This document shows positions 11,023-23,096 of a stretch of DNA of 64,000 nt, piece after piece (the stretch's first letter is position 1; each line of letters opens with the position of its first letter). This DNA comes from Rebecca billardiae RCC1528 (lineage: Eukaryota; Protista; Haptophyta). The stretch lies in assembly GCA_965240325.2 (NCBI GenBank), contig OZ251225.1, positions 124,001-188,000 of the forward strand. Reading direction: 5' to 3'. The notes under the pieces are model-generated. The model did no database searches, was not told the DNA's origin, and saw only the letters and a program-made list of their open reading frames with translations. The translations under genes and the position numbers were made by a program.

Positions 11023-13046
11023 TCATCGCGCGGTGCCGGAGCCGCCGCCCGGCGGGCTGGAGCCGCTGACGGGGACCTGCAGCACCCTCGACGGCCTGCG
11101 CGAGCTGGAGCCCACGGCGCCGGTGTGCGGCACCAGCTCTGCGAGGGCGTTGGCCGCGCCGCGCGGCGCCGCGGCGCCAAAGTGGTGATCGACCGCGTCG
11201 ACGATGGTGGGGGAGGGGCACTTGCCCGGCTGCTGCTGCAGCGAGCCCAGCCGGCGGCGCGTGGGCGAGGCGCCCGAGCTGGGCGGGGGCGCGGCGTGCC
11301 CCAGGCTGGGCGAGGTGGGGTGGGTGCTGGCGGGCCCGCTGGGTGCGCCCGCGCCTGCGGCCGTCGCGGCGGCGGCGCACGCAGCAGCAGCGGCCATGTC
11401 GGGCGGGAGCTGCTCGGCGTCCGACGAGCCGCGCCGGCTGCCGTTGCGGCCGCCGTCCGCGCACGCGTTGGGCGCGTCCGCCCCGCCGGCGTCCGAGGCG
11501 CGGCGGCTGGCGCTCCTGGAGGCGCGGCGGCTGCCGTTGATCGAGGGCGCGGACGAGCGCGTGCTCGCGCCCAACGCGTCGATCCCGGCGCTCAGCCGTC
11601 GGCGCGAGCCCTCGTCGCCGCTCTGGACCGCGCCGCGCACCTCGCGCATGAGCAGCCGCGTGAAGCGCGCCGCGTGCTTGGGCGTCGCGAAGAAGGGCAT
11701 CGTGCGCACGCGGCTGCGGCGCCGGCCGCCGGCGGGCGAGGCGGGGTCGTCCGCTGCGGGCGAGCCCGCGCCCTCCGCCCCCGGCGCCTCCGCCCCCGCC
11801 TCCGCCCCCGCCTCGCCCTCCGCCTCCTCCTCGCCCTCCGCCTCCTCCCTGCGCGCCGCGTTGTCGCGCAGCCGCCTGCAGAACGCCTCCATCTCGGGCA
11901 CGAGCTCGCCAAACAGCGGGCGCACCTCCGTGGAGCCGTCGGCGTAGCGGAAGGTGAACTCGCGCGGGAACATGCGCGCGCGCTGCGCCGGGTCCGTGTC
12001 GATCTGCGGGGCGCGCGGCGCGCGGGCGGGGCGGGCGCGCGCGGCGCGGCGCGCATCAGCCGGGCGCACGCGCCGCCCCGCCCGGTGGGTGCGCGCGCGC
12101 GCGCGTGTTTGCGCGCGTGCGTGTTTGCGCGCGCGCGCACAAGCCTGAGCTGCATGTCCTGCATCGTGCTGCGGCGCGCGATCTCGTGCGCGCGCGCGCG
12201 CAGGCCCTCCGTGTCCACGCTCGGCTGCACCGACAGCCGCGAGTCGGTGCGCGGCGCCGTGCCGAGCAGCATGTTGGAGCTGCGCCGCGTGAGCAGCGGC
12301 GGCGGCTTGAAGGCGGACTGCCCCGAGGCGGACGAGGCGGAGGACTCGCGCCTCGGCCGCGGCCCCGCGCCCTGCCCCGCCGCGCGCTCCATGCCGCAGG
12401 CGCTCTCGCCCGATGCGACGCGCCGCATGCGCGCCTCGGCGGCGGGCGAGGGCGGGAGCTCGGACTGCGCGCCCGGGCTCGGCGGCGCGGCGGCGTACGC
12501 GGGCCAGCGCCGCACGCTGCGCGGCGAGGCGCGCAGGGACGCGTTGCTGCTGGGCGAGGCGCGCGGCGAGCGGCGCGCCGCCGAGTGGCGCGGCGGCAGC
12601 GCGGCGGGCGCGTCCGCGCCGCCGCCGGGCAGTTCTTCGAGCTGCGCGTCGAGCGAGGCGGACGAGTCGGAGCGGCGCATGGAGCGCTCGCCCGGCTGCA
12701 GCAGCAGCAGCTCCGCCGCGCCCGCGCCGTGCGGCGCGGCCTCGGCCTCCGCCGCGGCCTCGGGCGCGGGCGGGTGCGCGGGGTGCAGCAGCGAGACCAC
12801 GTCCGAGCGGCTGAGCGGCGGCGGCTGCACGACGATGGAGGGCGCGCGCACGACGCGCGGCTCGGCGCAGGGCGGCGCGGCGGGCTCGCACGCGTCGCGC
12901 GCCGCCTTGGCGCTCTCGCGCAGCGCCGTCGCCTCCGCGCTCCTCCGCGCCTCGCTGCGCGCCTCCATCGACGCGCGCAGCGCGCGCGCGAGCGCGCGCG
13001 CGTCGTCGGCGCCGTCCGCGCCCGCCGCCGCCGCCGCCGCGGCGGC

Positions 13047-13081
<35 letters not shown>

Positions 13082-16000
13082 CCGCGCGCGCGCCTGCACC
13101 GCCGTCGGCGCACTCGGCGCACACGGCGTCGGCGCGCGCGGCGCGCAGCCCCGCGCCCGGCGCCGCCTGCCCCTCGCGCGCCCCGCTCCCGCCCTCGAGG
13201 TGCGCGAGGAACAGCTCCCCGTACAGCCCCAGGATGGGGCCCACCAAGCTCTCGCGGTCACAGCGCTCGCGCTGCACGCCGCCGATGAGGTGGCCGAGGC
13301 GGCAGCAGGTGGAGTCGCCCTCGAAGACGAGGAGGAAGGAGCGCAGCTCGTCGTCGTCGATCGCGACCGGCCCCTCGGAGCCGTCCGCCGCGGGCGCGAT
13401 GTACATCCGCTCCGGCCCGTTCGCCAGCGCGAAGCACAGCTGCTCGGTGCGCGTCCACAGCCGGCGCGAGTAGGACGCGCGGCCGCACGGCTCGCCCGTG
13501 TCCGCGTGCACGGCGGCGGGGGCGATGGCGAGGCACGCGTGCGCGAGGGAGGAGTAGTAGCCGAGCGAGGCGATCGCGAGGTCCTGCAGCTTGGCGTGCG
13601 CCTGCGGCACGCACATGAAGTCCACCCACACGCGCACCTCGTCCAGCGCCCAGCCGTTGAGCTGCGCCACGCTGCGCGCGCCGCCCACCATCAGATCGTA
13701 CTGCGCGCCGCAGGGGTCGGGGTCGGACCAGGAGTGCCACTGGTGCGAGATGAAGATGAGCCGCTGCGACTCGAGCGCGCACAGCGCGGCCGGGATGTCG
13801 TCGTGCACCTCGTGCGCGCCCTCCGCGCGCAGCTCCTCGAACGCGCGCAGGCAGCCCAGCTGCTCGAACAGCCGGAACGGCACGACACACAGCGGGAACT
13901 GCAGGTGCGCGCGCGCCTGCAGCGCGGCCTGCACCTCCGCCTCGAGCCACTGGCGGCGCTGGCCCTCGCGCATCTGCCGCGCCTTCCACCGGCGCAGCGC
14001 GAGGAGCGCGCAGGCCAGCACCAGCCCCACCGCGCCCGCGCGGCGCAGCACCTGCTGCCACGACATCAGCCGCGCGTGCGACTCCGCGAGCACCTCGTAC
14101 TGCGCGGTGATCGTCTGGTCGCACGCGCCGTCCTCGGCGTACACGCCCGACGCGCAGTCGACGCGGCAGAAGGGCGCGGCGGCGGAGACGCCCGAGACGA
14201 CGTGGTACCCGGGCTCGCAGACGATGGTGCGCTCGGGCGGCGCCTCGAAGTACCAGCGCGCCAGCTCGGGCTCGGCGGGCGCGCAGCTCGGCGGCGCGCG
14301 GCCGTCCGCGGGCGCGGCGGCCGCCGCGTCCGCGCCGCCGCCGTCCGCGCACGCGTCCGCGCCTCCGCCGTCCGCGCCGCCGCCGCCGCCTCGCGGCCGC
14401 CACACGCCCCACTTGCTCCCGCCGTCGGGCGTGCGCTCGGCGGGCCGCGCGCCGAGGACGAGCCAGTCCGCCGCGAGCAGCGCCTCGTCCGTCAGGCAGC
14501 ACCCGCCGCCCGGCGCGGGCGCGCACAGCGGCCCCTCCTCGATGCCCGAGCCGTTGGCCAGCTCGACGCGCGCGCCCGCGGAGGGCGCGCAGAACACGCC
14601 GCCGCCCTTCGAGCGCAGCTCGGCGTGCGCGCTCTCGAGCGTGGCGAGCGCGGCGGGCGAGACGCGCTTCGAGACGGCGCTCAGCGAGTTCGCCCCCTCG
14701 CCCCCGCTCTCCCACGACGCCTCGTGCGCCACCCACTCGTCGCGCAGCACGCGCCCCACAAAGTGGATCACGCCCGGCGCCCAGCCCATCACCGCGGACA
14801 CCAACACCGACTCGCCCAGCAGCGCGCGCACGTCGCCGTTCACGCCGATCGAGGCGCCGGGCTCGGGGCGCTCGCGCGCGCGCGCGGCCTCAGCCTCGTC
14901 CAGGCAGTACGCCGTGTGCGCGTGCCCCTCCAGCGCCAGCTCCGCGCACACCGGCGGCCCCGAGCGCGCGAAGAGGCGCGGCGCCGCGAGCGTGTCGGTG
15001 TGGTGCGCGACCACGCGCGCGCCGTCCTCCACCCACAGCTTCATCGCCGCGGCGGTCTCGCGCCACTCGTGCTCCCACGCGCCGGTGGCGAGGACGCGCA
15101 CCTCGCACCGCGGGTTCGCCCGCCGGCAGCCCAGCGCGAACGCGTTCACGTTGAGCAGCACCACCGGCACCGCCATCGCGACCACGTACCCGGCCACGTG
15201 CACCGGCCGGCGCGCGGCGCCCGGCGCGTCCGCCATGTGCGCGCCCGCGAGCACGCCCGCGAGGTAGAGCTCCTCGTACACGCGGGTGAAGAGGAGCGCC
15301 ATGTGCGGGTGGGGCGTGCGCGACGCGCCCACGCCGCAGATCACGAACCGCGTGCGCGCGCCCTCGCACGCGCGCGTGCCCAGCGCCGCCTGCACGCCGG
15401 CCGCGTGCGCCTGCGTCGTGCCGATCACCAGCTCGTACCCCGAGGCGCACGCGCGCTCCGCGATGCCCGCGACGGCGTCGGGGGCGAAGGGGACGCGCTC
15501 GAGCGCGTCGGTGGCGATGTACGCCTGGAAGTGCGCGTCCGCGCCGATCCGCGCGCGGTCCCAGTTGTGCGTCCACCCCAGGTCCGTCGCCTCCCCCGGG
15601 TAGAGGAACAGCACGCGCAGCTGCGGCCGCGCGGCCACCAGCAGCGGCGTCACCGGGCTCAGCGCCGCGTCGTAGTGCGAGCCGCCGTCGAGGGAGAGCG
15701 CGAGCTCGGCGGGGAGGTGGCGCGACTCGCCCGGCGCGAGCGTGCTCCCGTCCAGCGCCGACGACACCGCGGGCACGAGCGGCATCCGCGCGACCAGCGT
15801 GCGCTCGTCGATGAAGTGCGGGGACACGCTCACGCTCGCGCCGCCCACGCACATGCGCAGCGTCGCGCGCGGCGTCGGGATGAAGCCCGAGCCGTGCACG
15901 GTGAGCTCGACGCCGCCCGTCACGGGGATCACCGACGGCTCCACGCTGAGCAGCGACGGCGCGGGCACGACGCGCAGCAGCGCCGCGTTCGACTCGGCCG

Positions 16001-16370
16001 CGCCGTCGGACACGCTCAGCAGGTACTGCGCGGGCGCGGACAGCAGCGGCGGCGGCAGGTCGACGCGGAGCGAGTGGACGTGCCCGCGCGTGCATGCGCG
16101 CGCGCGCCGGCTCGCCTCCAGGACGTGCACCCCCGTCTCGTTGCCCGCGCGCGGTGAGCCGCCGCCGCCTCCGCCGCCGCCAACCGAGCGCACGAGCACG
16201 CGCAACGGCTGCGCATCCGCGCCGAGCCCGGCGATGCCAGTGAGCGTGAGCTCGACGGACTCGTCCGATCGGCGTGCGACGAGCGGCGACGGCTCGACTG
16301 CCTCGAGCCAGATCGCCGATGGCGCGGCTGCCCCCACCGCGCCGCACACGAGCGCGAGCGCCCCCAGCAT
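11023..16370 (-). CDS. Single-pass receptor-like protein: signal peptide, IPT/TIG domain, Bmp/PnrA-type periplasmic-binding domain, TM, cytosolic TIR/HET-like domain; complement(join(11023..12003,12141..16370))
   Basis: Signal MLGALALVCGAVGAAA; IPT-like SVEPSVIPVTGGVELTVHGSGF; Bmp motifs VLFLYPGEATDLGWTHNWD, GYELVIGTT, YLAGVLAG, NVNAFALG, HHTDT, SIGVNGD; TM AGAVGLVLACALLAL then RRWK; IFISHQW..PDP, VWVDFMCVPQ, YSRRLWTRTE. Phase-0 GT..AG intron at 12004-12140. Confidence 0.8.
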
Positions 16371-16899
16371 GGCAGCAAAGGACGAACGAAAGCTTTGACC
16401 CTGACGTATCTTGCGCGTCGTCGTACTCGTCAGTTGTCACAGGCTTTCATCAGCGTGAGTCTGATTCAGTATTCATTGACGCAAAGGCCGTCATATATCA
16501 AGGGTGTCCTGGACACCCTTGGTCATATGTTCATGAGGCAGCGGATTAATACCGAAATACCCCGTTGTGACTTGTGAGTGTGTCGTGTGACGTCGGGTTA
16601 TCATATGATACACAGAAGTCTCCCTCTTCCGATGTATGATAGATACCAGTACTTACCCCTTGTTTTTCTGGGAATGTTCTGCTTGCTCTCTGAACTTGTC
16701 AGTGGTATCTGGCTTCGAACACTGATCGAACATGTCAGTTGAGCACAGGATAGCCCGGCCCGGACGAGTAGGGCCGTAGGGGCCGTGGTACGTGACGTAA
16801 GCACGGCAGCTAGCGCGCAGCCGAGCACGGGCCAAGCTCGGCCGGAGTCCGAGCAGCCACCAGATCTACTCGAGACGGAGGTGGTCGGTGCAGCTCAGC

Positions 16900-18315
16900 T
16901 CAGGCCGTGCCCGTGCCCAGCTCCGTGGCCGGGTCTGCCGGGTAGGCGGAGACGTCGACCACCGCGCCGTCCGCGTCGCCGTCGCTGGCCTTGAGGCTCC
17001 CAGCGTTGAGGGTGGCCTCGGCGATCTGCACGGCCTCGGCCGCCGCGTCTTTGACAGCCTGCGGCACCTGCGTGTCGGCGAGCTCGACGAGCCCGAACAT
17101 CTCCGTCATCGTCTGCGCGGCGCGGCACCGGGCGGGCGGCGTGCACGCGGCGGCGGCCGTGAGCCGAGCGGCCGCGGCGCGGTGCGCGCGCCGCGCGCGC
17201 GCAGGCCAGCTCGCGAGCGCGCGCACACACGCACACGCGCACACGCACACACACACACCTGGATGTACAGCCGATTGCGCTCCTTCTCGACCATCGAGCG
17301 GATCTCGTCCTCCTTCTTGCCCGACGACTTGAGCGCGGCGGCGCCGAGCATCAGCGCCGACTCCTGCGGCCCGGTCACGATGCCCTCCACGCCCACCTCC
17401 AGCAGCTTCTCGCGCGCCTTGTCGTCGTTGGCGCGCGCGTAGATGGTGAGCTGCGGGTAGTCGCGCCGCAGCGCCTTGGCCACGCGCAGGCAGTCGGCGG
17501 ACTTGTCCAGCGCGATCACCACGGCCTTGGCTTTCTGCGCGCGCCGCCACGCCGCGCGCCGCGCGGCCGCTCAGCCGCGCGCAACGGGCCTCCTCCGCGC
17601 CGGCGCGCCGCGCGGGGCGCGCGCGCGGCTGATGCGCGGCTGCTGCGCGCGGCTGCGCGCGGCTGTGCGCGCACGTTGAGCAGGCCGAACGCGCGCAGCA
17701 CGTCCGGCCGGCGCGCGTCGCCGTAGAAGACGGGGAGCCCCTTCTCCTGCGCCGCCTGCACGCGCTTCGCGTCCATGTCGCACGCCGTGTACGGCACGAA
17801 CATGTTGCCCAGCAGGTCACACACGACGTTGCCGACGCGGCCGTAGCCGCACACAAGCACCTGCCCGCCGCGGCCGTCCTCGGGCTCCTCGGCGGTCGGC
17901 GAGTCCTCGGCGACGGCGAGGCGCTTCCTGCGCTCCTCCCACACGGAGGCGAGCGTGCTGCCCAGGTCGGCGAGGAACGGCGTCGTCGCCATCGAGAGCG
18001 CCGCGAGCAGCAGCAGCTTCTTGCTCAGCTGCGCGTCGATCACGCCGTGCCCCTGCGCCAGCCCGAAGAGCACAAAGGCAAACTCGCCCGCCTGCGAGAG
18101 CATCACGCCCGTGCGGATCGAGGAGCGCATCTGCAGCCCGCCCAGCTTGCACAGCACGACGGTGATGAACGCCTTGAGCGCGTGCAGCAGCACGAGCAGC
18201 ATCGCCATCTGCGGCAGGTTCGCCGCGAGCAGCCGCAGGTCGATCGCGTACCCGATCGTGATGAAGAAGAGCCCAAAGAGAATCCCGCGGAAGGGCGCAA
18301 TGTCCGCCTCGATCT

Positions 18316-18357
<42 letters not shown>

Positions 18358-19327
18358 GGCGCCAAAGAGGGGCGGGCGGTTGGGTCAGCGGCTCCACCCG
18401 GCGCGTGCGCGCGGCGCGCGCGCGCGCGCGCCCCCTGCCCCCCTTGTTGCGCCTTGCACCTGGTAGCGGTACTTGGACTCAGCGAGCAGCACGCCCGCGA
18501 GGAAGGCGCCGAGCGTGTCCGACAGCCCGAGCGCCTTGGTGAACGTGGACATGGAGAGCACGGTGAAGAGCGTGACCGCGACGAAGGCCTCCTGCGAGTT
18601 GGACCTCGAGACGGTGAGGAACGCGCGGCGGAGCAGCATCGGCCCCACGCCCGCGATCAGCGAGAGCGCCGCCACCGACTTGATGGCCGCCTGCAGCAGC
18701 ACCGCGCCCAGCGCCGCGGACGAGCCGGCCGGGTCGAGCAGCGGCACCAGCACGAGCATTGGCACGACGGCGATGTCCTGGAAGAGGAGGATGCCGAAGG
18801 AGGCGCGGCCGTGCCGCGTCGAGAGCTCCTGCCGCTCCTGCAGCAGCTGGATCACGAACGCGCTCGACGAGAGCGCGAGCGAGCCGCCGACGACGAGCGC
18901 GGCCGCGCGCGGCAGTCCGAACAGCAGCTCGCCGCCGCACGCGAGCGCGAGCGTGGTCAGCACAAACTGGAAGGAGCCGAGGCCAAACGCGTCCCTCGAG
19001 AGCGACTTGAGCCGGTCGATGGAGAGCTCGAGGCCCATCTCGAACAGGAAGAACACCACGCCCAGCTCTGCCAGCACCTCCGTCGTGTGCACGTCCCGCA
19101 CGAGGTGCAGCCCGTTCGGGCCGAGCGCCATCCCGGCCAGCAGGAAGCCGAGGATGGGCGAGAGCTGCAGCTTGGCCAGGATCGGCACGACGAGCGCGGT
19201 GGCGGCGAGGAGCACGAGCGCGTCCTGCGTGCCGGGGGGCAGGCTATTGCTCAGCTCGCTCGCGCTCGCGCGCGCCTGCGCCACCGCCGACTGCACGCCC
19301 GCGGGCAGGGCGGGCAGGCTGATGCCC

Positions 19328-19366
<39 letters not shown>

Positions 19367-20145
19367 GCTCGCTTCGCAGCGCCGGCCGCGGGCGAGGCGG
19401 TCGCGAGCTCGGGCGCCGCGGCGAAGTCCGCCCGCTGCGGAGCGCGCCCGGCGTGTGCGCGTGGCACGCGTAGCCGCCCGGCCGTGGCCTGCTCGGCGGC
19501 TCTCCCGTCGGGCGCCGCCCTGCGCCGCCATCGCCCGGGCCGCGCGCCGCGCGCCGCCGCATGTGTCGCCTGCGCGCACGCGCGGCGCGTGACGCGCGCG
19601 CATCGAGCGCGCGGCGGTGAGCGGAGCGACGCGTGGGGGGCGCAGCACGCCCCGCGCAGACCCGTTCACGCCCGCACATCGCGCCCATCCACCGCCACCC
19701 GCCTGCCCTCCGCCGGGGCGCGCCGCCGAGATGTCGCGCCAGCGCACGCGCGCCCAGTGCGGCGCGCCCGCACCGAGTCCTCGCGCGGCGGAGTCGCTGC
19801 GTGCGACGAGCGGCCAAAGTGTGCGCACTTCAAGACGGCGAGCGAGATGGCCAGGACGCGAAGCGTGCGCGCCAGCCAGCTCGTCAGCTTCCGCCGTATC
19901 CGCGGCGCAGGCATCGGCTGCCCATCGCCGTCGGGCTCGGCCGCGAGCGCGCTCATGTGCGCTGCGCCGCGCGCGCCGGCGCGAGGCACGTGCACGTCGA
20001 GCGCGAGCGAGCGCGGCGAGGTGCGCATGACCGCGCGACGAGCGGCTAGTGGCACGCCATACGGCCGGAGCGCGCGCACGCCCGGCGCGAGCGCGCAGAG
20101 CGCGCCGAGCACGGCGCCGAGCAGCCGTGCGGCATGACGCGGCAT
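16900..20145 (-). CDS. CPA2-family K+/H+ antiporter (KefC/KEA-like) with KTN/TrkA-N domain, probably plastid-targeted, multi-exon
   Basis: LSPILGFLLAG, AELGVVFFLFEMGLEL, LALSSSA, GILLFQDIAVVP, LGAFLAGVLLAESKYRYQ/IEADIAPFRG, SQAGEFAFV, CGYGRVG, FYGDA. Introns resolved at 18314-18459, 17535-17674 and 17113-17258; exon structure between ~19435 and ~19830 not resolved. N-terminal signal peptide MPRHAARLLGAVLGALCALAPGVRA. Confidence 0.92.
18316..18356. repeat. (CAG)n/(CTG)n trinucleotide repeat at the 3' end of an antiporter intron
   Basis: About 13-14 uninterrupted units running up to the acceptor AG at 18315-18314 on the minus strand. Confidence 0.9.
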
Positions 20146-20383
20146 GACGCCGATCGGGGGGCACGGCGCAAGAGCTGATTCGTCATTCGTCCGCTGCGCG
20201 GAGTGTTGAGTGTCAGATGACACTCAACACTGTCTTCACGCTGCACCTTGCACACTTGTGTGTGGATACATACTACTGAACAGTACGACTGTAACACGAC
20301 TGTGAAAGCCTCAGTGGGCAAGCTGCGACGACGAAACCGAGCCGCGCAAATGCGCATTCAAAATTAACCGTGCGCGCGGGACG

Positions 20384-21565
20384 ATGGCGACGCGCGCGCT
20401 CACGCTCGCGTTGACCGCGGCGGTGCTGGCACTCACGCGGGTGGAGGAGGCGTCGGCCTTGCGCGCAGCATCGTCGGTGGGCAGATCGGCCGTCCGCGCC
20501 TCGGGCAGCAGCCCGTGCGTCATCCGCATCTTTGGCGTCGGCGGCGGCGGCAGCAATGCGGTCGGGCGCATGCTGAGCGCGGGCACAAAGGGCGCCGACT
20601 TCTTCTGCGTGAACACGGACGTGCAGGCGCTCGACGCGAGGCACCCAGGGTCGGAGGTGCTGCAGATCGGCACGACCGTCACGCGCGGCCTCGGCGCGGG
20701 CGGCGACCCCGCTGTCGGCAAGCTCGCCGCCGAGGAGAGCCAGAAGCTCGTGCTGGACGCGGTGACGGGCACCGACCTCGCCTTCGTCGTCGCCGGGATG
20801 GGCGGCGGGACGGGCTCGGGCGCGGCGCCGGTGATCGCGCAGTGCGCCAAGGAGGCGGGCTGCCTCACCATCGGCGTGGTGACCAAGCCCTTCCTCTTCG
20901 AGGGCGCGCGGCGCATGCGGCAGGCGGTGGAGGCGGTCGCGGCGATGCGCGCGGCCACGGACGCGCTCATCGTCGTGTCCAACGACAAGCTGCTCGCGAG
21001 CGCCTCGGCGGACCTGCCGATCGAGAAGGCGTTCGAGGCAGCGGACGACGTCCTGCGCCAAGGCGTCGTCGGTGCGCGCGCGCGCGCCGCCGCCGGACCC
21101 CGCCCGCGCAGCCTCGCGCCTCGCGGCGGCGCGCTCAGCAGCCGCGCGCGCGCGCGCGCGCCTGCCCCTGCCCGCCGCGCGCCGCCAGGCCTGACCGACA
21201 TCATCACGACGCCGGGGCTGATCAACGTGGACTTTGCGGACGTGTGCGCCGTGATGGCGGATGGCGGCCTCAGCCTGATGGGCGTGGGCAGCGGCAGCGG
21301 CGAGGGCCGCGCCGTCGAGGCCGCGCGCGCCGCCGTCGCCTCCCCTCTGCTCGACTTCCCCGTGTCGAACGCGGCGGCCGTGCTCTTCACGCTCACGGGG
21401 CCAACCGACCTCGCGCTGAGCGAGGTGAACGCGGCGGCGAGGCTGATCACAGAGAGCGCGCGGGACGACGCGAACATCATCCTCGGCGCGCTCGTCGACC
21501 CCAGCCTCGACGCGTCCTCGACCGTCACCGTCACGGTCGTCGCCACCGGCATGGACGCGGACTGA
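20384..21565 (+). CDS. ftsZ: Organellar (probably plastid) division GTPase FtsZ; join(20384..21071,21189..21565)
   Basis: GVGGGGSNAV, NTDVQAL, TRGLGAG, AGMGGGTGSG, VVTKPFLFEG, NDKLL, T7 loop GLINVDFADV, VTVVATG. Signal peptide plus Ser/Ala/Arg-rich transit-like segment. A 117-nt GT..AG intron accounts for the low-complexity insert in the track ORF. Confidence 0.97.
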   Translation: MATRALTLALTAAVLALTRVEEASALRAASSVGRSAVRASGSSPCVIRIFGVGGGGSNAVGRMLSAGTKGADFFCVNTDVQALDARHPGSEVLQIGTTVTRGLGAGGDPAVGKLAAEESQKLVLDAVTGTDLAFVVAGMGGGTGSGAAPVIAQCAKEAGCLTIGVVTKPFLFEGARRMRQAVEAVAAMRAATDALIVVSNDKLLASASADLPIEKAFEAADDVLRQGVVGARARAAAGPRPRSLAPRGGALSSRARARAPAPARRAPPGLTDIITTPGLINVDFADVCAVMADGGLSLMGVGSGSGEGRAVEAARAAVASPLLDFPVSNAAAVLFTLTGPTDLALSEVNAAARLITESARDDANIILGALVDPSLDASSTVTVTVVATGMDAD

Positions 21566-23096
21566 GCGCACCGCCCTTCCTAGTGGCCAGTGCCTTGGTT
21601 CATTCATGCCTCGGGCCCCGCGCTGCCCTCGCCCCACCCGCGGCTGTCCCGCCCCCACCGCACGCCCGCCCTGCGCCTGACGACGGCTTGGGCCGGCTGG
21701 AGAGGGGTGGCGGTCCATCCGGCGCTCGAGTGCTGGGCACACCCTTGATTGATCTGTCCGTGCTGTCATCACCTTGTCAGAGTCATTCAACGCACATCAT
21801 CAGGCCGCACGCCGATGGCCCGGGTCCGCCGACAGGCGACAGCAGGCGACAGCCCGGCTGGGCGGCGGCGGAGCCGCGGAATAATTTTGCGTCGTACGTT
21901 ATGTGAGTTAAGAGTAGCGTGCGATGATCATGAAGGACTCTCACTCTGGCGCGCGGCACTCTGCCAGTGCCACCGTGAGCCTTACGCACGTTAAAACAAA
22001 TAATAATAATAAACTGTAACTGACGATGATGTATAAGTCAGTCGATATATAACGACGACGTCACTCACTCGAGTAACGACGACCCGTCGGAGCGGCTACT
22101 GCTGTGCTGCCCTCGAACGTGACCGTGACCGTGTCCTCACCGGCTGGCATCAGTGAGTCACTGAGCAGAGTAGTCTGAGTACTGAGACTACGTGAAACTC
22201 CGCGACCGCGTCCTGACGACCACTGCTGCGACGGGGTTGGCACACGAGTCACGACAGTAGTCACTGCTAGTCAGTACTCAGTAGGCGCTTTCGGACACTG
22301 CCGACAGAGCAGAGTGAGACTACTGTACAGTGCCGTCGTCACGACCGACTCCTCACGGCGACTGCGGATCAGTCCCGGCGCGACCGCGCCGGCTGACTGC
22401 TCCTAGTCACGACTGAGTCACTCACACCCGTCACTAGTCTGTAGCTACTAGTCACTGACACACTGTCGAAGCTGCTTCACTCTCTAAACGTATTAAACTA
22501 GCTCCGATCTAACACTGGCACAAGTCACAGGCGCTGGTATGTGACGACAGTCTAACACTCTAAGAGTGACTACTCACTCCCAGTCCCTGCGATCGCGCGG
22601 CGCTTGGCCGCATCTGGCTGCGGCACCAGACATCAGTCCGGCATCGTCACTGATACTCACGCCCACGGCGGCATCATTAAGTTGTCGTCGTCACGTCGCC
22701 AATATAATGCTGCCCGGGATGATAACTGGCACAGCGCAGCCGCGCGGGAAGTCATCACTGATCTCTTGCTGCCGACGACGCTGTCATCGGACGTCACTGT
22801 TCGCCATCGTGACGATGATCCGGGTCACTGACGATAGTAGTGATCAATTCGTATGTCGTCGTGCCCGCACGAAACTCGAAAGCACTTTCACTTGCTGTCT
22901 GTCTGTCTGTCTGTCTGTCAAGGGCCTGTGCAGTGTTCATCACGACTCACGATTCTGGCAATAATCTGCGTGCGTCGGCCGCCAGTCTGATCACCCGGAG
23001 CCCGTTATAAAGGGGAATTTGAAAACTCCAGTCCCCCGAAGGACTGGTTTCATCATCAACTCGACTCCAATCTCGATCACGAGCGGCCGGACCAGC

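Noticed and set aside
10993-16157. Long plus-strand Arg/Ala-rich ORFs (826, 1350 and 558 aa), and similar ORFs across the window
   Set aside because: Stop-poor shadow frames caused by extreme GC content, opposite a well-supported gene.
18316-18356. Poly-Leu, poly-Gln or poly-Ser tract in the antiporter ORFs
   Set aside because: It lies inside the 18314-18459 intron.
14450-21565. Bacterial contamination suggested by ftsZ, kefC-like and Bmp-like sequences
   Set aside because: All three genes have spliceosomal introns, eukaryotic signal peptides and host-like composition.
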